A stretch of DNA of 62,547 nt, the filler included, from Nemertoderma westbladi (Eukaryota > Animalia > Xenacoelomorpha), in NCBI GenBank assembly GCA_032718475.1. It is 3 parts of 3 records of this genome, joined end to end, with 100 filler letters (N's around TTAATTAATTAA, not from the genome) between each part and the next. Parts side by side here need not be neighbours in the genome. Positions count along the whole stretch, not along the records: positions 48,005 to 62,547 come from JAUCBJ010004659.1; 2 more parts are not named here. One strand, 5' to 3'. Both the position numbers and the translations under genes were made by a program. The notes under the pieces were generated by a model. It worked only from the letters and a program-made list of their open reading frames with translations, was not told the DNA's origin and did not search any database. This document shows positions 48,964 through 59,212 of the stretch, piece after piece (the first letter of the stretch is position 1; the number at the start of each line of letters is the position of its first letter).

Positions 48964-51219
48964 TCTATATATATAAATATCCTCTGTCTGTCTGTGAGTC
49001 TATGAGTCTGTGAGTCTATGAGTCTGTGAGTCTGTCCAAGCTATACGCTCCGACACACATGCACCAATCTGAGCAAATGATACATCGATCGAAAGCTCTC
49101 GTCCTGAGCACGTAAACTATCGCAATCTCGAGGCTAATTTTACGCGTTTGCTTGCGTGAGTGAATGCGTATTTTGTGTTCGTTCGGGCGAAATGTATCGA
49201 ATTATTTCGGTTTTTCTATCGGTAATTAATTATTTAGAGGGGTAACATTTATCCCATCTGGTATAAAATTAACATGGGTAGATTCGCCGTGTCCCATTCT
49301 CACAAAGTTTTTATTTTATTCGAGTGTTTAATATAAATATGTATGATTATTTATTGATTAAAAATCAAATAGTGTATAAATATGTCATATTCGCCAAGCA
49401 CGATCGAATTGGCCTATTCTTAGTGCTGTAGTGAATAGGGAAGGATTTTTTTCTGTATCATAGCAACGTTAAGGTAATTATTGAAATCGCAGCTAGCTGG
49501 CTGGGCAGTGGGCACAGATAAGGAGCAAGCAGGCTGGAGTGTTGATTGGGGTGGGTTTGGGTTGTCTGTTGCGAATTGCTCAAGAGTAATTCTGCTTTCT
49601 CAATCATTGGCTGCATGGAAGGAGAGGTTTATAACATTTTTGTTTTACTGTTATGAATATTAAAAGTAAAATAATTATTTCTGTAGGCCTATACTTACTG
49701 TATTATTATTTTATCTAATATTATACATCTAATCTCGATGAAATCTCGCTTACTATAGCTCGTTAGATAGGTCTCGCCCTAACTCGTTGCAACGTAATAC
49801 TCAGAGCCGTCTGAAGTTCCCCCATCTGCCGCTAGAGGGCGAATTGTCCGATAGTGAAAACCTGATCTCATTGGGTTGTTTTTAATGCTTTTGAGCTGAA
49901 ACTTGGTAGCTATATACTGCAGCATAGGCTGTATATTTCCGGAGTCACTGAGTTGTCCACAGTTCCCCAGTCTACCGTTAGAGGGCTAAATGTCTGAGAG
50001 TTAACATCTTCTCCAACTTTGTTATTTATAATCCATTTAGACTGAACTTGGTAGGCATCTACTACAGCATAGGCTATATCTTTACTGAGTCGCGCAGAGT
50101 TGTCTACATTACCCGCGTCTGCCGCTAGAGGGCGAAATGTATGAAAGTTAACATCTCCTCCAACTTTGTTATTTACAATCCTTTTAGACTGAAACTTGGT
50201 AGGCATCTACTATAGCATAGGCTATATCTTTGCGGAGTAGTAGAGTCGTCTACAGTTCCACAGTCAGCCGCTAGAGGGCGAATTGTCTGAAAGTTAACAT
50301 CTTCTCCAACTTTGTTATTTACTAACGGTTTAGACTGAAACTTGGTAGGCATCTACTACAGCATAGGCTGTACCTTTACGGAGTTACAGAGTTGTATACA
50401 GTCCCCCCATCTGCCGCTAGAGGGCGACATATCTGATAGTGAACACCTCATCCCATTTGGTTCTTTTTAATCATTTTGAGCTGAAACTTGGTTGGTATCT
50501 ACTACATCATAGGCTGTATCTTTACGGGGTTGCAGAATCCTATTCACTTCCCCAGTCTACCGCTAGAGGGTGAAATGTCTGAAAGTTAACATCTTCTCCA
50601 ACTTTGTTATTTACTAACGGTTTAGACTGAAACTTGGTAGGCATCTACTACAGCATAGGCTGTACCTTTACGGAGTCACAGAGTTGTATACAGTCCCCCC
50701 ATCTGCCGCTAGAGGGCGACATATCTGATAGTGAACACCTCATCCCATTTGGTTCTTTTTAATCCTATTGAGCTGGAACTTGGCAGGAATCTACTACAGC
50801 ATATTCTGTATCTTTACGGAGTCCCAGAGTCGTCCACAGTTCTTCAGTCTACCGCTAGAGGGTGAAATGTCTGAATGTGAACATCTACATCAATTTTGTT
50901 ATTTACAATCTGTTTAAGCTGAAACTTGAAAGGCAGGCATTTTACTTCACCATAAACCCCATCTTTACCAAACTGCAGCGCCGTCTGCATTTCACCAGTC
51001 CGCAGGTAGAGGGTGGATCTGAAAGTGATCATTTTCTGGAAATTTTGTTATTTACAATCTGCCTAAAGTTGAAACTTGACAGTTATCTCTTATGGGGGTG
51101 GTGTTTTATTTAATGATGGTGTCTGTTCCGTATGCAGTTCTCAAATCTCCCACACATATTCATATATCATCTGCACGTGCACTAGAAAGCTGTGGCCCGA
51201 AGGGCCACAGGCTTTCTAG
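48964..51219 (+). mobile_element. Complete 2256-bp non-autonomous Helitron with internal 146-bp tandem array
   Basis: 5' TC-TATATATATAAA then TGTC-type microsatellite; 3' GC hairpin and CTAG|T at 51216-51220; no TIR or TSD. Eight to nine 146-bp units at ~49800-51050. Confidence 0.88.
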
Positions 51220-52383
51220 TAGTCCTATAAAAAAAAATAAAGTAACCATACTGTACTCATACTGGCAGAGACTGGATTTCTAGAAAATGCGCAACTCAAC
51301 GCAAATATTTGTCGCAACGAGAATTACTCATAACAAACCATTAAAAATAGTACACAAATTAACAGAGCGAGTTATAAATCAGTAATTGGATAGAAAAACA
51401 ATCAGCAAAGATCTGGTTAGCAGTATTAACTGAAAGTACAACGGTAGCTTTAGAAGGGTACAGTAAATAAAAGATCAGGTTATAACTCAAACTCCAAGGT
51501 TCATCAGAATTCGTAGCTTTACTGTGGACCTTTGGTATGCTGCTGCTACATTATTCAGTTGACCATCAATTATCAATATAGTGCAAAGTTAAAAAACCAG
51601 ACCAATCAATATGTATCAATTGTAAACTTGTCCCTTATTAATGTTTGCCTTTAGTACTGTATGTTGTTGAAGCCCTTGCGCACTTTTATAATTTTTACTT
51701 GAACTTAATCACCGGTATGCTTCACCGGTTTTTAATTTAATTTTAATATAATTTCATTTTTATTTAATAATTAAATATGCACCAACTGTAAGTACTGTAA
51801 ATAAACTATAATTGTAATTATTTTACTAATTATACTGTAGTCGGTAGTACCTTTGTGCCTGAATACCATTTTATTATAAAAGTACATATACACGCTTATT
51901 AGCGTATTTTGCAGGATATATGTTCATTTTATTTTAATCTACTGTACATGTGCAAAAATTAATATTTTATTGTTATTCTGGCGATATTAATAACATAACA
52001 ACATCAGATAGGGGGGGGGGAAACTGGACGCAATAAAAATTAATCCCTCTCCAGGGGAAATTCGACGCAAATAACAGCTGATTACTCTCAAAAACAAAAC
52101 TGTAATCTGTTCTATTGTGTTTAGTTTATTGTTTTGGTTAAAATAACGTGCCACTGTGACCTGCTCCTTTCCCTAAATTGAGAATTTAACCGCAATAATT
52201 ATTATTGTCCGTTTAAATCACTCATGATGTCCTTTTTTTTTACTTTTTATGTCCTCCAGAAATTTACCGTTAGGTTCCATGCTACCGGTTTCTCTACTGC
52301 TGTTCTCTCAGGCTATCAGTACCGGTATTAGTATATAGAGCACTATTTTGCAGGTATAAAGCAGTATAAAGCAGGTATTTTAG

Positions 52384-53575
52384 TACCGGCACCGGTACTG
52401 CTGTAGGCCTACTGTGTAGCCTACCATTTAAATACAGTAATGGTAGGCCTACCGGCTGACCGGTTGTTTTGGTTAGAAAATCCCGCCTCTGTAACCTGCT
52501 CCTTTCCCTGATTTGGTAAAGTGACCGTTTATTATTTTGGATAGAAAGGCCCGCCTCTGTAACCTGCTCCTTTCCTTCATTTTATACAGTGACTGTTTAT
52601 TGTTTTGGTTAGAAAATCCCGCCTATGTAACCTGCCCCTTTCCCTCAAATAGTTAAATGATCGTTTATTGCTTTGGTGAGAAAATCCCGCCTCTGTAACC
52701 TGCTCATTTCCCTCAATTGGTTAAGTGATCGTTTATTGTTTTGGTTAGAAAATCCCGCCTCTGTATCCTGCTCCTTTCCCTCAATTAGTTAAGTGATCGT
52801 TTATTGTTTTGGTTAGGAAATCCCGCCTCTGTGTAACCTGCTCCTTTCTCTCAATTGGTAATGTTATCGTTTATTGTTTTGGTTAGAAAGACCATCTATG
52901 TAACCTGCTCCTTTCCTTCATTTGGTAAAGTGACTGTTTATGGTTTTGGTTAGAAAATCCGGCTACCGGCACCGGTACTGCTGTAGGCCTACTGTGTAGC
53001 CTACCATTTAAATACAGTAATGGTAGGCCTACCCTACCGGCTGACCGGTTGTTTTGGTTAGAAAATCCCGCCTCTGTAAACTGCTCCTTTCCCTGATTTG
53101 GTAAAGTGACCGTTTATTATTTTGGTTAGAAAGGCCCGCCTCTGTAACCTGCTCCTTTCCTTCATTTTATACAGTGACTGTTTATTGTTTTGGTTAGAAA
53201 ATCCCGCCTATGTAACCTGCCCCTTTCCCTCAAATAGTTAAATGATCGTTTATTGCTTTGGTGAGAAAATCCCGCCTCTGTAACCTGCTCCTTTCCCTCA
53301 ATTAGTTAAGTGATCGTTTATTGTTTTGGTTAGAAAATCCCGCCTCTGTATCCTGCTCCTTTCCCTCAATTAGTTAAGTGATCGTTTATTGTTTTGGTTA
53401 GGAAATCCCGCCTCTGTGTAACCTGCTCCTTTCTCTCAATTGGTAATGTTATCGTTTATTGTTTTGGTTAGAAAGACCATCTATGTAACCTGCTCCTTTC
53501 CTTCATTTGGTAAAGTGACTGTTTATGGTTTTGGTTAGAAAATCCGGCATTAACCTGCTCCTTTCCATCAATTGG
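52384..53575. repeat. ~66-bp satellite with ~580-bp higher-order duplication
   Basis: Unit ~GTTTATTGTTTTGGTTAGAAAATCCCGCCTCTGTAACCTGCTCCTTTCCCTCAATTGGTTAAGTGATC; block starting TACCGGCACCGGTACTG at 52384 recurs at ~52965. Confidence 0.92.
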
Positions 53576-54643
53576 TAATTTTTTTTGGCTATAAAATGAG
53601 TGTTTTGCTACGTCATGTGGTAATCGATTATCGACAACAACCACAAACTATTAAATTTAGAGTATTTTACCACAGGCGCATATGGAAATCTATCTCATAG
53701 TCTATAAATCATGGAATTTTGAATGTTTTGGCACAGGCATAGTGAAACCAACTGTCCGACAGACCAGAAATCAACAAATTTTGAATGTTTTGTATAGGCA
53801 TGTTGAAATCAACTGTCTGACAGTCCAGAAATCAGCAGCAGTCTGACAGTTTGAAGAAATACATACATAAAAAGTCATTAAAGGACAACAAAAGTCATTA
53901 AAGGGACAACAAAAGTCATTATGCACAATTCATAAAAAAGGAGGACAAAAAAAGTCAAATAAAAGGACATAAAAAATCACTGCCGAATTTAACATTGAGG
54001 CGGGATATTAATTCGCCAAGGCGGGTTTTGCGTCCAGTCCCCCCCCCCCCCCCCCCCCCCCCCCTCCCCTGTCTCAACAACATAACTATGGAAGCAATCT
54101 GGCAATGGAGTAAAATACTGCAGTTCAATTTATTTTGTAACACTATATCGCTCTATCTGCCGGCTGGCCGGTAGCTGTAATTTCCTGGTTTAATGTAGGC
54201 CAACCAACTGACCAAGGCAGCAATGCAGTCTGGCATTTGTGATAGATTGCAGTAGTAAGTAGGTACTGAAGTAGGTGATGGTGACAACAGCAGAACACTG
54301 CAGTATGCTGGTATGCAGTAAGGCTGTAAGGTTGTTATTGTAGTAAGCAATATGGGGGGAAGCAGGGAAGGTTGGGTTCATGGCATTGGCAACTGGCGTA
54401 CTGTCGCTGTCACACTGTAACTAAAGTAAAGTATAGTCTAATAGTAGGCCTACCGCACGCCATGCATGCCATGGTTGGGTTGGGCTTAGGCCTACGCCTA
54501 CCTACATTGTACTTTCTGCGTTGCCGGTACGGTACGCGTTACTTAGTTCGTTAGTTGTAGTTGCCAAATGGCAAATGTTAAGTACAGAACTGCAGAAGTA
54601 CATGGTGCATGGTAGGCACTAGGCAGGTAGGCTTATCAGCCTA

Positions 54644-55992
54644 CACCATGTCCTGGAATTTAGTGTCATTGTTCAGGTATCTGCCCCCACCTCTGACCTC
54701 TTAATGAGATTGCATGAAATTTCAGAATTTGAAATAGAGATAGTTTCATCTTCCTCCTCCTTAATGCATAGTGCAGTAGTGGGTGAGCCAGAATTTTTAT
54801 TTTTGCTTTCATTCTTTAGCTACAAGCGTTTAAAAAAATGTGTCTTCGTCGATATTGGATATTGCACCAGTTACGCCGAAGTTATTCTTCAAACCTGTAG
54901 TGATTTGTTGGTACTACCGGTAGTAGAAAGCTGACCGTACAAGGATTCCAAAAATGTAAAAATATTTTAATTTGGTTGGGAAATAGCTGAGATATGGCAT
55001 TCGAAAGTTGCATGTATTTGTTTCCGCTGTAGGCCATTTATTTTATTTAATAAATACACAATGTTCTAGAACATTTTTGATTATGTATTAATAATATCCA
55101 TGTATTAGTATTACTGTATTATCATGTGTAGGCATTGCATTGTTTCCAAGCTACTTATGAAATAAACAAAATGTTCTAGAACATTGTGTATTTATTAAAT
55201 GGAATACGGTAAATCTCTGCAGCGGAAGCTAATTAATACATGCAAAATTCGAATGCCGATATCTCAGCTATTTCCCAACCAAATTAAAATATTTTTACAT
55301 ATTTGGAATCATTGGGTGTCTGACCGAACGTAATCAGGATCGAATAAAACATAGTTTTTACGAATCGAACGTATTGGATCCTATAGCTATAACTATGTTA
55401 CATTCGATCTACAAATTACTAAGCTCGATTGTAACATACATTTATTTTAGTTGTGTTTTGATTTCAGGAGTTACAATAGGTAACCGATGAAATACTTCGT
55501 TTATTTACAGGAAGAAACAGTTTGGTGTTGGTGAGTACAAAACAAAGACCCAAGACCCAATTAAGTAACCTGCATAATCTTGTAACATGTGTTAACTTTC
55601 GTTTATTGTTTTGGTTCCCCCAACACGCCTCTGTAACCTGCTCCTTTCTGCCTTTAAATAAAAGTAACCTGCATAAACTTGTAACATGTGTTAACTTTCC
55701 TTTATTGTTTTGGTTCCCCCAACACCCCTCTGTAACCTGCTCCTTTAAATCTGTATGTAACATAATTGCGGTTACGTTCGATATGTAATAACTATGCTAC
55801 ATTCGATTCTGATTACGTTCGGCCATGTATCCGGAATCATTGCATGGTCAGGGTTTCCACTAGTACGGTACAAACAAATCACTAAAGGTTTGAAGAATAA
55901 CTGCCAACTGCGGTGTAACTGATGCAATTTCGTCGGAGACACCTTTTTTAAACGCTTGTAGCTAAAGAATGAAAGCAAAAATAATAATTCTG
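54644..55992. mobile_element. Foldback MITE family A, copy 3 (interrupted, right end truncated)
   Basis: TA|CACCATGTCCTGGAAT at 54644; homologous to 28122-29010; right arm resumes at 55833 after a nested insertion. Confidence 0.85.
55314..55832. mobile_element. 519-bp Mutator-like MITE with 9-bp TSD nested in MITE A
   Basis: TSD GGAATCATT at 55305-55313 and 55833-55841; TIRs GGGTGTCTGACCGAACGTAATCAGGATCGAAT and ATTCGATTCTGATTACGTTCGGCCATGTATCC. Confidence 0.85.
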
Positions 55993-56525
55993 GACAATTA
56001 TAATTTTAATAAAAATTAGAGTAGATTATGCTATTTTGTAGTGTAGGCCTAGTGCAGTTGTGGTATCATATTTATTTAATATTGTGTCGTAGTTAATATA
56101 TGTTGTAATGTCACCTTTTGAATCTGAGTTTGAATTTCAGGGTCAATTGTATTTTAGTTCTTTTTATTGTGGTGTGTATTGTAATTAGTTTAATTTTTTT
56201 ATAGTATTGTTTAGTTGGCTCTGTCACACTAGAGGGACCACTTTTTATAAGGAACATCCTTTTTCCTTATTACTTGGCCTGTTTTTGGTTTTGTAGGTAG
56301 TAGGTACCAGTACGCGTAATGATTGACAGACTGGAATAATAGTTTGTTTTGTAGTTGGGGGTTTGTTTGTTAGACCCAAGTCTAATTTAAAGCAGTAATT
56401 ACAGAATTAGTCCCTCACAGCCTAACGTAAGTCATGACTTCATGAGGCATGAGGCTATAATCTAAGAAATATTGTGGAATTAAGTCTGTCCGTAGTAGTA
56501 GTTACCAGTTACCTTACGAGTATAA

Positions 56526-57689
56526 ATGATGCTGAAAAGCTGTAGAACGGTAGTTTGTGCGATGTCCGGGGGAGTAGACAGCGCCGTCTCGGCTCATTTA
56601 CTAAAGAGACGAGGGCATCGAGTGATAGGCGTGTTTATGCGGAACTGGGACCCCCAGGAGGAGGAAACAGGTTGCCGCAATGAGACGGATTACGCAGACG
56701 CCTTCGACATCTGTAATAAACTGCGTATTCCTCTTCAACAAGTTAACTTCGTCAAGGAATATTGGAACGAAGTCTTCTCCAAATTCCTTGCCGACCTAGA
56801 ACTCGGACTTATGCCAAATCCCGACGTTCAGTGCAACGAATTCATTAAGTTCAACCATTTGTATCACCATGCCATTAACGTCCTGGGTGCTGACGCCCTA
56901 GCTACGGGGCACTACGCCAGGGTTGAAAATACCCAAAGCGAGGAAGTGAAACTTCTCACTGCCACTGATGTATCTAAGGACCAGACTTTATTTGTTCACA
57001 GGGCCCCTCAAACATCATTACAACGTTGCGTGTTTCCTGTCGGCGCCTTGCTCAAATCGCAAGTAAAGCAAATAGCCGCGGAAATCGGATTAAAGAATAT
57101 CGCATCTAAGAAGGAGAGCATGGGAATTTGTTTCATCGGTAAGAGGAATTTTAAAACGTTTGTGAAACAATATCTGAGATTAGAGACGGGACCGTGTGTT
57201 GATTTAGAGACTGGGAGGTTGCTAGGGGAGCACAACGGAGTTCAATTACACGTCCCGGGAGAGCGAATGAGATTGACACCGACAAGAGGCAACCACGACG
57301 CATGTGGTTGGTTTGTAGCCCTGAAGGATGTCCCTAATAACCGAATATATGTTGTTAATTCCAGCCATCACCCGGCCTTGTTTAGCTTTTTCGTTAAACT
57401 GGAAGCCCCGCATTGGGTTCGCTTGCGACCCCGGTTACCGTTGAGATGCGCGATGCGGTTGTTCCACAACAGCCGACCAGTGCATGGTTCGTTGCAGTTG
57501 TTAGCCCACACTACCGGTGAGGTACTGGTAACCATGGACACCCCGGCTCGGCATGTTGTACCTGGTCAGTATGTAGCTTTGTACCAGGGTGAGGAATGCC
57601 TAGGCGGGGCGATGATTCTAGAATCGGGACCTTCGCTTTATGATTTATGTAATAAGCAAGATATTGATTTAAATAAGTTGTATTCATAA
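56526..57689 (+). CDS. TRMU: Mitochondrial tRNA-specific 2-thiouridylase (MnmA/MTU1), single coding exon
   Basis: PP-loop AMSGGVDS, FMRNWD, PNPDVQCN, ATGHYAR, KDQT, ESMGICFIG, PGQYVALY..EECLGG. Confidence 0.95.
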   Translation: MMLKSCRTVVCAMSGGVDSAVSAHLLKRRGHRVIGVFMRNWDPQEEETGCRNETDYADAFDICNKLRIPLQQVNFVKEYWNEVFSKFLADLELGLMPNPDVQCNEFIKFNHLYHHAINVLGADALATGHYARVENTQSEEVKLLTATDVSKDQTLFVHRAPQTSLQRCVFPVGALLKSQVKQIAAEIGLKNIASKKESMGICFIGKRNFKTFVKQYLRLETGPCVDLETGRLLGEHNGVQLHVPGERMRLTPTRGNHDACGWFVALKDVPNNRIYVVNSSHHPALFSFFVKLEAPHWVRLRPRLPLRCAMRLFHNSRPVHGSLQLLAHTTGEVLVTMDTPARHVVPGQYVALYQGEECLGGAMILESGPSLYDLCNKQDIDLNKLYS

Positions 57690-59212
57690 TAGTTACAATT
57701 ATTTTGCATTTACTCTGTAGTTATTTTGCTATGTAATTTATTATATAGATTCAGATATTTTCAAACCAATATTATAATTAATTGCATTCAACCTGGTGTT
57801 TGTAATAATTGGAACTGTTGATTGCGCTAATGATTGCATGCAAATTGCCTTTATAATAAGGGCAAATAACAACGAATTTAAACTTTTATTCTTAAATTTC
57901 TACCTGTACTTTTAATCACGCTCATATATGGGAGGGTGTGATTCAAGTATATATAATATATATAGGCCTATATGTGTTTCATTAATTTACTTTACCTATA
58001 CTGAGCAAAACTGATTATACCTCGTATTATATTATATCATAAGGCCTATCTATATACCGTATCTGTTTTGTGGCAATATAGTCTTGTCTGTACCATTAAT
58101 GAAATGTTGGCTCCATCTGATCACAAACTAAAAAAGTATAAATTTAAGAATAAAATGTCGTTCTCAGTCTCAGAAAATAAGTTGTTTTCAATTCCGCCAT
58201 TCGCTGCATTTCTCCTCTTCACATTCAAGAAATATATTCCAAATCAACTAGATTTTACTGATCTGATGAGTTTTGACACCTGCTCAGTAATTTATCGGTA
58301 GTTTACCTAAGCGGTATTACTAATTCCATTATATTTATTATATTCCTGATCTGTGCGATTAAATTCTAAGAACTTTACTGTGGCCTATAATATGACTAAT
58401 CATATTCTAGACTGTCAATTATTCGTTGTAGACCTGGTTTGGTTTCCGTCCCGTCCCTGTCAGTCTCAGTGGGGTGAGTCTGATTTCATGGTATAGATGA
58501 GTTTATTTATTTTGCTGTTCATCTATATGTTATTACTGTGATTTACTGACCTTTACCCTTTCGGAAATTATCATAAAATTTAAACAAATAATAATTGTAT
58601 GCAATTGAACCGACCGATGACCTGAACAATGCTATCTATTGCTCTAAAGCGCCATGTTAACAAAGTGTGATAGTTGATTATAAAATAAATCGAATTTCTA
58701 ATTTAAAATAATTTGTACATGTCCTTATTTAATAAGAGTCACTTAAAATCAGACGCCTGAATATTCCTTGATGTGCAAATCTTATGTCGGAGCTAAAACA
58801 CGGCTGGTGTTTCGAGGTTTATTTATGGCGATTATTTCATCGATTTGGTTATTATTTTTGTTTAAAATATGTTTGTTTCATTACTGTTAACACAAAATAT
58901 CTATATTTATTTAATTTCCTAGTTAATTATATTATTATTTTTATTTAAATATATAAACCCGTTATAAAAACCCTTATAATTTTAATTTTCTTTATATATT
59001 GCTGTAGGCCTAATCGTTTTTTTTCTACTACGGCTACTGGAAATGGTTCGGTATTAAAGTTATTTATATCATTTAGGTCGGTCTATCTCAAAGTAGGTCG
59101 GTAGATATATTAAGATGTAGTTTAATAGGTTTCAATATAAGTGTATGGGTTACTTTTGGGTAACATTAACTAACTGTTCTCTATAAATGTGTGACGTCAG
59201 CGTCTTGTCATA

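Noticed and set aside
48588-51283. Short duplicated ORFs inside the Helitron repeats
   Set aside because: 60-100 aa frames within tandem non-coding units, with no Rep or helicase motifs.
56526-57689. Horizontal transfer of bacterial mnmA because the gene is intronless
   Set aside because: Neighbouring animal genes such as DSTYK are also intronless, and the sequence is compatible with mitochondrial TRMU; a phylogeny would settle it.
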